From contig NHIP02000014.1 of NCBI GenBank assembly GCA_002170775.2, positions 44,462 through 108,461 on the forward strand: a stretch of 64,000 bases of DNA. The letters run 5' to 3'. A program made the position numbers and the translations under genes. Below, one piece after another: positions 14,415-23,717 of this stretch (positions are counted from its first letter, which is position 1; each line of letters starts with the position of its first letter). The stretch is from Euryarchaeota archaeon TMED192 (GTDB taxonomy: Archaea > Thermoplasmatota > Poseidoniia > Poseidoniales > Thalassarchaeaceae). The notes beneath the pieces are model-generated. The model was given only the letters and a program-made list of their open reading frames with translations. It ran no database searches and was not told the DNA's origin.

Positions 14415-15344
14415 ATGGCGTCCACGTCCAATGTCCTGCATCCGGTCGCCGTACTACTCAGTCTGCTGATTATCTTGTCAACATCAGTTTCTGCAACGTT
14501 GGGCCATAATCTTGTTTCCACGATTCCCCATCAGGATACTGCATTCACGCAAGGACTTGAGATGCAGGATGGCAGAATGTTCGAATCAACGGGTCTCTAC
14601 GGGCACTCCCAAGTGAGGGAGATATCAGTGGAAGACGGGTCCCTAATTAGATCTCATGACCTGAACGACTCATTCTTCGGCGAGGGCCTGACGTTGATTG
14701 ATGACAGAATACTTGTTTTGACTTGGAAGGCAGGATTGATTCTAGAATTCGAACGAGACACATTCAATCAGAGCAATCAGTACAATCTCGAAGGAGAGGG
14801 GTGGGGGATGTGTTCTTTTGAAGACAGAATAATTGTTTCAGATGGGACAAACCAGCTTTCGATACTAGACCCCCTAACATTGGAGGTAACCGGATCAATT
14901 CTAGTAAGGTCGAATAATTCAGATATTTCGAACTTGAATGAACTTGAGTGCGTTGGAGACAAGATATATGCAAATCAGTGGATGTCGCCCTTCATGCATG
15001 TTATCTCAGCCAGCGACGGCGAATTAATCGCCACTCTGGACCTCTCTACTCTACCCTCCGGCACTTCTGGAGATAGGAATGAAGTACTCAATGGAATTGC
15101 ATGGGATGAAGAAAGAGAAGGATTCTGGGTAACCGGCAAGAATTGGACAATTATGCACCTCATTGAGTTATACGAGACCGATCAAAACGAGGACTTGGAG
15201 GATATTGAAGACTCGCTATTCGATTCAATAGCCTCGAAAAAGAATCTCCTACTGATATCTCTGACGATATTGGTAACTTTTGCTGTAGCCGTATCTCTGA
15301 ACCAGCCCCCACCATCCTTATCGGCGTACAATGAGGACGAATGA
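14415..15344 (+). CDS. Glutaminyl-peptide cyclotransferase (type I, beta-propeller), C-terminally membrane-anchored
   Basis: AFTQGLE, ESTGLYGHS, FFGEGLT, EGWG, SDGT, NLNELE, VLNGIA, VTGKNW; signal peptide and C-terminal TM. Confidence 0.92.
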   Translation: MASTSNVLHPVAVLLSLLIILSTSVSATLGHNLVSTIPHQDTAFTQGLEMQDGRMFESTGLYGHSQVREISVEDGSLIRSHDLNDSFFGEGLTLIDDRILVLTWKAGLILEFERDTFNQSNQYNLEGEGWGMCSFEDRIIVSDGTNQLSILDPLTLEVTGSILVRSNNSDISNLNELECVGDKIYANQWMSPFMHVISASDGELIATLDLSTLPSGTSGDRNEVLNGIAWDEEREGFWVTGKNWTIMHLIELYETDQNEDLEDIEDSLFDSIASKKNLLLISLTILVTFAVAVSLNQPPPSLSAYNEDE

Positions 15345-16117
15345 ACATGGTCCGTGAGCGTGTCACCGAGGGGATCATCGAGTGGCGGGGCCAAATCCGT
15401 GCAGATCCCGCAGCAAGAAAGGCCGGATCATTCTTGATAGGGATAGGTTCAACCATGGGCGTAGTTCTCGGTTTACTATTGATATCGGTAAATCCATCGG
15501 ACCTTCTAGATGACTCCGCATCAGATAGGACCGCTACTCTGAACGGGATTGTAATTGAGGCATTAGAAAGCGACAAGGAAGGAGGCGAACCAATAGGAAA
15601 TGCTACTCTGACACTCTTTGACATGGATGGTTCAGTGCACAGGGGCCCTATTCTATCGGACTCTTCTGGCAGGTTCTCATTCAAGGAGGTGGAGCGAGAT
15701 GATATGCGTCTGGAGGTGGATATGGAGGGCAAGATATCTGAATATCGATTATTGGTCCCTGGGGATTCATCACAGATTGTAATATCAATGTTACAGGGAA
15801 ATGGCTCCTCCGATGTAATCGATCTCCGAGGAGAGAGCCACTTGGACGATTCAGCTCTGTTGGGAACTTTAATCGCCTTCGGAACTATTCTTGCAGGTCT
15901 TGCAGGAATCTCAGCTTCTGTAAGCGGCTACCAGGGCAAGGCATATCGGAGAACTCAGGTATTTGCTTTCATTGGATTGTGGAGCCGAGGAGGTGTATTC
16001 ATCGGGCCATTCATGATACTGTTAGGGATGGCTATCATATCCAGCACACGCGTCCAATTCGAGAAAAAATCCGATCAGGTAGCCGAGATAGCCGTAGACG
16101 CATCACAGGTGAGATGA
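15341..16117 (+). CDS. Membrane protein with a carboxypeptidase-regulatory-like (Ig/transthyretin-like) extracellular domain
   Basis: TM, then LNGIV..GEPIGNATLTL..SDSSGRFSF, then 2-3 C-terminal TMs; ATGA overlap with the cyclotransferase. Confidence 0.7.
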   Translation: MNMVRERVTEGIIEWRGQIRADPAARKAGSFLIGIGSTMGVVLGLLLISVNPSDLLDDSASDRTATLNGIVIEALESDKEGGEPIGNATLTLFDMDGSVHRGPILSDSSGRFSFKEVERDDMRLEVDMEGKISEYRLLVPGDSSQIVISMLQGNGSSDVIDLRGESHLDDSALLGTLIAFGTILAGLAGISASVSGYQGKAYRRTQVFAFIGLWSRGGVFIGPFMILLGMAIISSTRVQFEKKSDQVAEIAVDASQVR

Positions 16118-16118
16118 C

Positions 16119-17450
16119 ATGTATTTGATCACTATCGAGGGTGGCGATGGAAGTGGGAAAGGGTTAGCAGCCACGGTCATTAGCGAAGTGCTAGCAAAAG
16201 AGCGTGGATTCAACTCGGTCGAGCTCACTGCAGAGCCAAGAAGACGGCATCCTCTCGGCAGGGCAGCCATCAACGCAGTCCGTGAGAAAAGACACCCTCC
16301 TGAACATGAAGCTAAGCTTTTCGCCTTAGATCGTCTGGATCACGGTTTGAATTGGATACTCCCCAGATTACAGGATGGCTCAGTCGTAGTATGTGATAGA
16401 AATATACACTCTTCAATGGTATACCAGGGCGTGGTCGGAGGCATAGGGATACGCAATGTGGCCACACTCAATGCAGGGGCCCTAGTGCCCGATCTATGCA
16501 TATGGGTCGACTGCGATCCCGAAATCGCCATACGCAGAATCAAGAGCGGGAGTCTTAGAGAGGCTTCACCGGGTAAAGCCGAGTATTTCGAGACGCTAGA
16601 AATTCAACGAATGATAAGATCGGGTTATTCAGAGGTGTTATCTGGAAATTCACTTACAGACACCCCATTCGACGATATTGAAATCATTGGTCCGATTCTC
16701 AATGACGCGTCCGCAGATGAATTCTCATCCAGGGTCATAAATGAACTCAGACGATTTCTTCGATCAAGGCCAAAGCCAAAGAATGTAGATATCAATGATG
16801 TAGATTTGACTTCTATTAAGCGAATAATCGGTTGGAATTCAGGCCAAGCAAAACTTCCCGGATTTGAGAATAGCGGCAAATCTACGACTCATATAATCCC
16901 CTGGCAAACGATTCGTGATGCTGAGCGGAAACACTTCGGCTCAATAAGTGATGGTGCAGATGAGAGCGTCCCTAGGAGCATACATTCAAGATCTATTTAC
17001 TCAGTAATGGGGGCATTATCACTTCTCTCAGCAGGCGATCTGAACGAAATCTTGTCCGCTATGGGGCCAATGAGGCTGATTTCAAGAAGACATGCAAATC
17101 GAGTTATTGCACATCTATCAGATTCCAGATATTGGATAAGAGAATCATCTGGAATACGTGGGGAAGGGAGTCACTACAGAGTCACGAGGGAAGGCATGTC
17201 CCTGGGGGCACTCATGCTAGTGCTTTGGCCTATTAGGTCCCATATCAGGCTCTGGCGTTCACGTAACCCAAGAACAAGCTACAAGCATGCTATGTCGGGA
17301 ATAATGAAGATGGGAATTAGCGAAGGAGATTTGCACACTCTCGTAGAAAGAATCAGGTCGATATCACCGGCATCTAACATATCTTCAAACCTCAGTTATG
17401 AGCAATACCTTCTTGATTGGTGGAATTCTCAGACATCTATCGTATCTTGA
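16119..17450 (+). CDS. tmk: Thymidylate (dTMP) kinase with long C-terminal extension (putative winged helix)
   Basis: LITIEGGDGSGK P-loop, TAEP, LFALDR, VVVCDR..SSMVYQG, PDL in the first ~215 aa; about 225 extra residues follow. Confidence 0.85.
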   Translation: MYLITIEGGDGSGKGLAATVISEVLAKERGFNSVELTAEPRRRHPLGRAAINAVREKRHPPEHEAKLFALDRLDHGLNWILPRLQDGSVVVCDRNIHSSMVYQGVVGGIGIRNVATLNAGALVPDLCIWVDCDPEIAIRRIKSGSLREASPGKAEYFETLEIQRMIRSGYSEVLSGNSLTDTPFDDIEIIGPILNDASADEFSSRVINELRRFLRSRPKPKNVDINDVDLTSIKRIIGWNSGQAKLPGFENSGKSTTHIIPWQTIRDAERKHFGSISDGADESVPRSIHSRSIYSVMGALSLLSAGDLNEILSAMGPMRLISRRHANRVIAHLSDSRYWIRESSGIRGEGSHYRVTREGMSLGALMLVLWPIRSHIRLWRSRNPRTSYKHAMSGIMKMGISEGDLHTLVERIRSISPASNISSNLSYEQYLLDWWNSQTSIVS

Positions 17451-18186
17451 GTTTAGAATCTGCAGGGAGCAGAACCTCTCTTACATCTTCAAAGTCAGAC
17501 CCTCGGGCACAGATGGTAGCCGCAATTAGCCATGCGAGAGCAGCACCTGCGGTAGAACCCGTCAGTACTCTAACTATGTTTGTTGACTCATAACCCGTTA
17601 GAAGCTGGGTGAACCCATCTATTCCCGTAGGGGCTAATCCTGCGATTATAATTGCCCACATAGCGAAAAGTCGTCTGTCCGACCTATAGAGTGGCGCAAC
17701 CCACTTATCCGGTAAGAGCGACAGAAACGAATCACGAATACTATAGCGATTAAGTCCGAACCTACTCCAGATTATCGCTCCTGTCAAAAAACCAAGTAGA
17801 ATTCCGATATCTCGGGCGCATATGGCTGTTTGATTGCCATTCACCTCGAAAGACCTATCGTACTTCTGATGACAATTAAGATCCCCTATCAGGTATACGA
17901 AAGCCACCAGTGGACCATGCTCGCTCCAAGCAAATACCCCGCCATGCATGAATTGGTTATGTCCGACAGGCGAGTCTTCTCCATGATCTGCATTGCCCCA
18001 AGACCCCCATCCATCTACCGTCGCATAATCAATCAAATTCGCTCTTCCAGAGAGCTCAGGAATTGCGCCATGTTCCATGGTTAGAGGTGTAACGAATACC
18101 AGCAGTAGGTAAGAACCCGCGATTAGAGCAAGACGAGCACCTATCTTACTTTCTCTGGACCTGCCAGTAGCGCCGTTCCTCTCCAC
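17437..18186 (-). CDS. DUF2085-like membrane protein
   Basis: CHQKYDRSF..QTAICARDIGI, IDGFTQLLTGYESTNIVRVLTG; several TMs. Confidence 0.82.
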   Translation of the reverse strand: MERNGATGRSRESKIGARLALIAGSYLLLVFVTPLTMEHGAIPELSGRANLIDYATVDGWGSWGNADHGEDSPVGHNQFMHGGVFAWSEHGPLVAFVYLIGDLNCHQKYDRSFEVNGNQTAICARDIGILLGFLTGAIIWSRFGLNRYSIRDSFLSLLPDKWVAPLYRSDRRLFAMWAIIIAGLAPTGIDGFTQLLTGYESTNIVRVLTGSTAGAALAWLIAATICARGSDFEDVREVLLPADSKLKIR

Positions 18187-18259
18187 GACTATCGCATATC
18201 GTGGATATGTATCAATTATACTCAGGCTAATTCATGTTGGGTTGTTATGCTCGAGGTGC

Positions 18260-19039
18260 ATGGCAGGCGCCTCTTCTCGGGATGCATTGACTGCAGCACT
18301 TGTTATTGGCGCCATGGCTGCAGTGATAGTTACCATTTTCTCCCTAATAGGCGGTGATGCTAATCCTGAATCAATACCAGACGCATTACGCACGGGCTTA
18401 AGCGCAGGAGCAACAACTTCTGCCGCTGTATTGATTTTGGTGCTCATTCGCCTGAGGCAGAGAGGCAAAAACCCAGTTCATGTGGAAGATAAACAAGAGA
18501 CGGCTAAATTTCTCCGTGGCGCTATAGGGGGGGTTCTGATGTCTATTGGTGCAGCAGATAGGTTTCCATGGGATTCAACGACTAAGATAAGAGTCGAGAG
18601 AGGAGTTTTGACAATAGATTTGATCGGACTTGACGCTAAAGCCGCCTCTGCCGCTATTGAATGTGTCATACGGAATCGCTCGAGACTTGGGAGACTCAGA
18701 GTAGTCACCGGTGCTGAAGAACGATGGGAGGGGGAGCGTTCGTATCCAAACATACGTCCTGCGGTACTGCAGAGACTCAAAATAGATGCTCAAGAGGCCC
18801 AGTGGCAGATCCTACAATCCAGAAGTTCTGTGGTTCTGAGGCCAATGGGTTTGAAACCATCACCCAGAAAAATCGCATTAAGAATGGTTACCTACGGGCC
18901 GCCCATGACTGCTGTAATGCACTTTTCATTCCGTGACCTAGCAGGTTCAGGCGGCAGTTCCGCTGGAGGGATTTTTGGGATCTGTGTAGGGTTGCTACTC
19001 ACTGTATTGATGGCAAGCCACAGGGACAGAACCGGCTAG
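18260..19039 (+). CDS. Membrane protein with a central Smr-like domain
   Basis: Two N-terminal TMs, then TIDLIGL...LRVVTG...IRPAVLQRL...SVVLRP (Smr-like pattern), then two C-terminal hydrophobic segments. Confidence 0.6.
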   Translation: MAGASSRDALTAALVIGAMAAVIVTIFSLIGGDANPESIPDALRTGLSAGATTSAAVLILVLIRLRQRGKNPVHVEDKQETAKFLRGAIGGVLMSIGAADRFPWDSTTKIRVERGVLTIDLIGLDAKAASAAIECVIRNRSRLGRLRVVTGAEERWEGERSYPNIRPAVLQRLKIDAQEAQWQILQSRSSVVLRPMGLKPSPRKIALRMVTYGPPMTAVMHFSFRDLAGSGGSSAGGIFGICVGLLLTVLMASHRDRTG

Positions 19040-19177
19040 TCAGTAAATTGGGACGCCTTCGCAACACGCTTCAACGACTCTTCTGCATCGAGGACATTCC
19101 ATGTGCTGCCTAATTGGCACTGCACTCCCCCTGAATCCGCATTCACAGGCTATATTTTGGCAGTGGTCCGAGTCCAC
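19040..19177 (-). CDS. Cys-rich microprotein (45 aa), putative metal/zinc binder
   Basis: Below the track cutoff. GTG start; MDSDHCQNIACECGFRGSAVPIRQHMECPRCRRVVEACCEGVPIY; fills the gap after sufD on the same strand. Confidence 0.65.
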   Translation of the reverse strand: MDSDHCQNIACECGFRGSAVPIRQHMECPRCRRVVEACCEGVPIY

Positions 19178-19213
19178 AGAGCGAGAAATTCACGGAAGGT
19201 GGAATAATATTGC

Positions 19214-20317
19214 TCAGATATTCAGATTCAAGAGAGCATCTTCAACACCTGTGACCAACCACGAGTGAACATCCTCTCCCCCCATTTCGGTAAGGGTAGA
19301 ATTGAGGAACGCTGCGATGAGAGCATCCTCGGACTCTTGCTTCGAAAAACCTCTTGCCATGAGATAGAACCTCTGACTTTCATCAACAGGACCATTCGCC
19401 GTGCCATGACCACAACCAACCACGTCATTCTCCTCAACTTCGAGTTCCGGAATACTATTTGCACTTGCTTTCTTGGAGAGCAGGAGGTTGTGGAATATTT
19501 GGCCAGCATCTGCTTGCTTTGCCCCCTTTTCGATTCGGAGCATTCCTGTCCCAACGGATGTGCTGGACCCTCCACATGCCGTGTGCCATTCTAAACGGCT
19601 GTATGTGTGTGGGGCTGTATGGCTTATCTCTATGTGATGATCGAGATGCATTTTCTCGGCAGACAGGAGGGAGCCTAGCACATTGAGGCTAGAACCCGGG
19701 GAATCCAACAAATATCTGATATCGGCTTTCGTCCTCTCACTCCCTGCGCTGACGGTACCAGACGTAATCGTAGAGTCACGCCCAGCACGCACCGCATCTA
19801 CACGGATTAGAGAGCCGCCCTGAATTTTATTCACGACGATATCTGTTACGATTGACCCCACTCCTGTTTCAGCGGTTCTTAGCAGACCAAGCCACTCGCA
19901 TGGCCCGGTTATGCGAGTGAGTATTGTTGCTTCAGATAGATCTCCCGCTAGAATATGGATGTGTAGTGCCTCAATCCCTCCTTTCGTTTCGATGTCAATT
20001 AGGAGAGGCTTGTCACTCGTCCATTTTCTTGGTATGGATAGTACCAAGGAATTACCTTTCGTGATGGCCGTTAGGAATGAATCCGTTGTCGGTGAGCCTT
20101 CGAAGGGAAACTCAACTCCTTTACCAGCCTCAAGAGTAACACCCTCTACAGGCCCCCCATCTACGTAACTCAAATTTATCTTTGGAGTTTCAACATCCTC
20201 GGGAATTTCTCTGAAATCACCGGTTGGATGGATTTTTTTCCAAGGAGTGTAACGCCAGAGATGATCTGAAGTGGGAGGCTCATCAAGTGACAAATACAAT
20301 TCTTCTGAGACGCCCAT
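19214..20317 (-). CDS. sufD: Fe-S cluster assembly protein SufD
   Basis: WRYTP, NLLLSKKASANSIPELEV, CGHGTANG, FYLMARG; follows sufB. Alternative GTG start at 20326. Confidence 0.9.
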   Translation of the reverse strand: MGVSEELYLSLDEPPTSDHLWRYTPWKKIHPTGDFREIPEDVETPKINLSYVDGGPVEGVTLEAGKGVEFPFEGSPTTDSFLTAITKGNSLVLSIPRKWTSDKPLLIDIETKGGIEALHIHILAGDLSEATILTRITGPCEWLGLLRTAETGVGSIVTDIVVNKIQGGSLIRVDAVRAGRDSTITSGTVSAGSERTKADIRYLLDSPGSSLNVLGSLLSAEKMHLDHHIEISHTAPHTYSRLEWHTACGGSSTSVGTGMLRIEKGAKQADAGQIFHNLLLSKKASANSIPELEVEENDVVGCGHGTANGPVDESQRFYLMARGFSKQESEDALIAAFLNSTLTEMGGEDVHSWLVTGVEDALLNLNI

Positions 20318-20338
20318 AACTTCCACCGAAAGAACAGT

Positions 20339-21748
20339 TCAGCCTATGCTACCTTCCATCTCGAGAGCCATCAATTTGTTCAACTCTACGGCATACTCCA
20401 TTGGAAGCTCTCTCGTAAACGGTTCAAAGAAACCATTCACTATCATCGCAAGAGCCTCTTCTTCGGAGTGGCCCCTGCTCATAAGATAAAACACCTGGTC
20501 GTCGCTGACTTTCGAGACACTAGCCTCGTGCTCGCAGCGAGCTGATGGATTCGCTACCTCCATGGTGGGATATGTATCGGTCTGACTGCCATCATCTAGG
20601 ATAAGCGCGTCACAGACAACATTCAATTTACAGTTTTCAGCCTTTGGCGAAACGGTAACCATCCCCCTGTAAGATCCCCTTCCACCATCTTTGGAGATTG
20701 ACTTTGATAGTATCTTGCTTGTGGTATTGGATGCGAGATGGTGAATTTTAGCTCCTGCATCTTGGTGTTGTCCTTTTCCTGCGTATGCGACGGAGATAAC
20801 CTCGGCATGCGACCCTTCTCCTTTCAGAATCACTGCGGGATATTTCATCGTCAGTTTGGAGCCAATGTTGCCATCAATCCATTCTATCGTTGAATTCTTG
20901 TGAGCAATGCCCCTTTTAGTGACAAGATTGTAGACATTAGCCGACCAGTTCTGTATGGTTGAGTATCGGATATGGGCCCCTTCAAGAGCAATTAATTCCA
21001 CAACTGCTGAGTGAAGAGAGTCTGTGGAATAGGTTGGTGCAGTACACCCTTCAACATAGTGTATACTCGACCCTTCATCAGCTATTATCAGAGTCCTCTC
21101 GAATTGACCCATATTCTTCGCATTGATTCGGAAATATGCCTGAACGGGCATTTCCACGGATACCCCTTTTGGGATATATATGAAAGAACCACCAGACCAA
21201 ACTGCAGTGTTCAGCGCTGAGAATTTGTTGTCTTGGTACGGAACGACGCTACAGAAATACTTCTTGACTAGCTCCGGATGCTCCCTGAGCCCACTGTCCA
21301 TGTCGAGAAATATGACTCCCTGTGACTCGAGGTCTTCTCTTATGCTGTGATAAACCGCTTCTGATTCGTATTGTGCCGTAACCCCAGAAAGCCATTTCTG
21401 TTCTGCTTCGGGTATGCCGAGACGATCGAAAGTATTCCTGATATCCTCCGGGACATCTTCCCAATCTTTTTCTGTTGCATCCGAGGAACGCAGATAGTAG
21501 CACACCTTATCGAAATCGATTCCCTCTAGTGCTTCACGATCCCCAAAGCCAGGCATTGGACGACTGACAAAGTGGTGATACGCTTTCACGCGAACCTCAG
21601 TCATCCATTCAGGCTCATTCTTAATCTTGGAAATTTTCCTAACAACCTCTTCACTCAAACCTGAATCAAATCGAATGGTTGAGTGTTCCGGGTCATGCCA
21701 TCCTTCTTTGTAATCACCCACTGCTTCCCTAGCTTCTTCCATTGCCAT
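20339..21748 (-). CDS. sufB: Fe-S cluster assembly protein SufB
   Basis: [71 protein letters not shown]. Confidence 0.97.
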   Translation of the reverse strand: MAMEEAREAVGDYKEGWHDPEHSTIRFDSGLSEEVVRKISKIKNEPEWMTEVRVKAYHHFVSRPMPGFGDREALEGIDFDKVCYYLRSSDATEKDWEDVPEDIRNTFDRLGIPEAEQKWLSGVTAQYESEAVYHSIREDLESQGVIFLDMDSGLREHPELVKKYFCSVVPYQDNKFSALNTAVWSGGSFIYIPKGVSVEMPVQAYFRINAKNMGQFERTLIIADEGSSIHYVEGCTAPTYSTDSLHSAVVELIALEGAHIRYSTIQNWSANVYNLVTKRGIAHKNSTIEWIDGNIGSKLTMKYPAVILKGEGSHAEVISVAYAGKGQHQDAGAKIHHLASNTTSKILSKSISKDGGRGSYRGMVTVSPKAENCKLNVVCDALILDDGSQTDTYPTMEVANPSARCEHEASVSKVSDDQVFYLMSRGHSEEEALAMIVNGFFEPFTRELPMEYAVELNKLMALEMEGSIG

Positions 21749-21750
21749 GT

Positions 21751-22521
21751 TCAATCATCCTCCGTCGCGTCTGATTCGAGCCACTCGTATCCTTTTTCTT
21801 CAAGTTCCAATGCTAACTCTGGACCACCGCTCTTAACGATCTTTCCTTTAATTAAAACATGAACATAATCGGGCTTGACGTGCTCCAATATTCTGCTGTA
21901 GTGTGTTATGATCAGTGCACCTGAATCTGAACCTCGTATTGCAGCATTTATCCCCCTCGACACCACTCTGATGCCATCTATGTCGAGTCCAGAGTCTGTT
22001 TCATCGAGTATTGCAAGTTTAGGCTTGAGTAGCATCAGTTGAAGAATTTCAAAGCGCTTTTTCTCCCCGCCACTGAAACCATCGTTCACATATCTAGAAA
22101 GGAATGAGCGGGGAATGCTCACTTCTTTCATTGCAGATTTCAAGGCATCTCTGAATGGAGCCCCTTTAGCAGCCTCATCACCACGTATTGCTGCAACCGA
22201 TTTCCTCAAGAAATGGCCAACCTGGAGACCTGGTACTGATTGAGGGTATTGGAATGATAGGAAAACACCCTTTCTGGCCCTCTCCCATGCTTCAAGCTCG
22301 AGGAGATCCGCCCCATTCAGCTCAATGCTGCCTGATTCGATTTCATAGTCAGGATGACCCATTATCGTGCTTGCAGCAGTAGTCTTGCCGCTTCCATTCC
22401 TGCCCATAATTGCATGAATTTCTCCAGGTTTTATCTTAAGATCGATCCCATGAAGTATCGAGGTCCCATCTATTCCTACATGTAGTCCTTCAATAGACAA
22501 AACCGGGGGTTTCTCAGACAT
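21751..22521 (-). CDS. sufC: Fe-S cluster assembly ATPase SufC
   Basis: [59 protein letters not shown]. Confidence 0.97.
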   Translation of the reverse strand: MSEKPPVLSIEGLHVGIDGTSILHGIDLKIKPGEIHAIMGRNGSGKTTAASTIMGHPDYEIESGSIELNGADLLELEAWERARKGVFLSFQYPQSVPGLQVGHFLRKSVAAIRGDEAAKGAPFRDALKSAMKEVSIPRSFLSRYVNDGFSGGEKKRFEILQLMLLKPKLAILDETDSGLDIDGIRVVSRGINAAIRGSDSGALIITHYSRILEHVKPDYVHVLIKGKIVKSGGPELALELEEKGYEWLESDATEDD

Positions 22522-22624
22522 TGGGTAGCCTTCTATGTCTAGGCTTGGCGACACTTACTTTTCAATCCATGCCAATTGCTCATAATGGGGAATAGCCCAA
22601 ATTGTCACGCCCCCTGGGGCATAC

Positions 22625-23107
22625 ATGGACGATAACGCGGAGCCAGATGGTTTGGAAGACCTCTACAGGGTTCAGATCGCTCCGATAGTGGATGAAGAGG
22701 CCAAGAAGAGAATCGAGATGTATTCCGACCCGGAGGAAGATCAAAGACTTCTTTCTCTAGATATCGTAGAAACCTTGAGATCTTCATCTGGAGATACGAT
22801 TCCTGCGTTGATGGCACGTCTGGGGCCCGTCAGAGCAGCCTTGGAGGGACATGGAGGCGCCTTGGTAGTTCATGACTTCAGTCTCGAGGAACACAAAAAA
22901 GGAGATGCAACATTGTCACTTGTAATCGATCTTGATGGAGCCTGCGTATCATGCGGGGCCGCCCCCGGCACACTCAAGGGTATCCAGGACGACCTTCTCG
23001 CAGATTCAGGTATTAGTCGAGTACGCTTCCACAGCGGAATGCTGGAATGGTTCAGCGATATACAGAGGGAATTTGTCCTCAAGCATGGAGAAGTCACATT
23101 CATTTGA
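22625..23107 (+). CDS. NifU-C/NfuA-like Fe-S carrier
   Basis: VRAALEGHGG..LDGACVSCG..TLKGI (Nfu CxxC domain); divergent from sufC. Confidence 0.8.
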   Translation: MDDNAEPDGLEDLYRVQIAPIVDEEAKKRIEMYSDPEEDQRLLSLDIVETLRSSSGDTIPALMARLGPVRAALEGHGGALVVHDFSLEEHKKGDATLSLVIDLDGACVSCGAAPGTLKGIQDDLLADSGISRVRFHSGMLEWFSDIQREFVLKHGEVTFI

Positions 23108-23120
23108 CTTGGCCATGGCG

Positions 23121-23717
23121 CTATTTCTCTAGGATTTCCCGTAAAGCTATGATGCTATTTTCTGAGAGTCCGAGGACAGTTATCTCACTGCCTTTGACAA
23201 CTTCGACAAAATCCGAAGCCCTCCCGTGAATATCGTAACCCCCTGCCTTGCCTGCCCACGAACCCGATTCTATGAGGTCATCCAGGGCATTGACGTCGAG
23301 ATTTCTGAAATACACATCTGCAGACTCAGTGTAGATCATATCGCCCTTGTTACGCGGAAGCAGTATCCCTGTGCAGGTCCAGACTTTGTGATTCCTTCCT
23401 GAGAGCGTCGAGAGCATCTCTCTCGCCTGCTTCGAATCTCTAGGTTTGCCTAATGCCATCTTACGAACTGGGTCCTCGACCATGGTATCAGATACAATCC
23501 CGATCCAATCTCCCCCATCCCCATTCAGAAGTGCTCTGGCCGATTCAATTTTCAGCCCAACCACGTTCCTGACAGTGCCGGAAACGTCAGATACGTCGAA
23601 TACTTTTGCCTCATCGAGATTTAAGGGCACTATTGAGATGCTATGAGGCTCCATCCAGGACTGTGCTTCTAGCCATAAGCGTCTTCGAGATGAGGCTGAA
23701 GCGAGGAAAATCCTCAT
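23121..23717 (-). CDS. maf: Maf-family nucleoside triphosphate pyrophosphatase
   Basis: IFLASASSRR, SDTMV, LGKP, LSGRNHKVWT, GKAGGY. Confidence 0.92.
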   Translation of the reverse strand: MRIFLASASSRRRLWLEAQSWMEPHSISIVPLNLDEAKVFDVSDVSGTVRNVVGLKIESARALLNGDGGDWIGIVSDTMVEDPVRKMALGKPRDSKQAREMLSTLSGRNHKVWTCTGILLPRNKGDMIYTESADVYFRNLDVNALDDLIESGSWAGKAGGYDIHGRASDFVEVVKGSEITVLGLSENSIIALREILEK

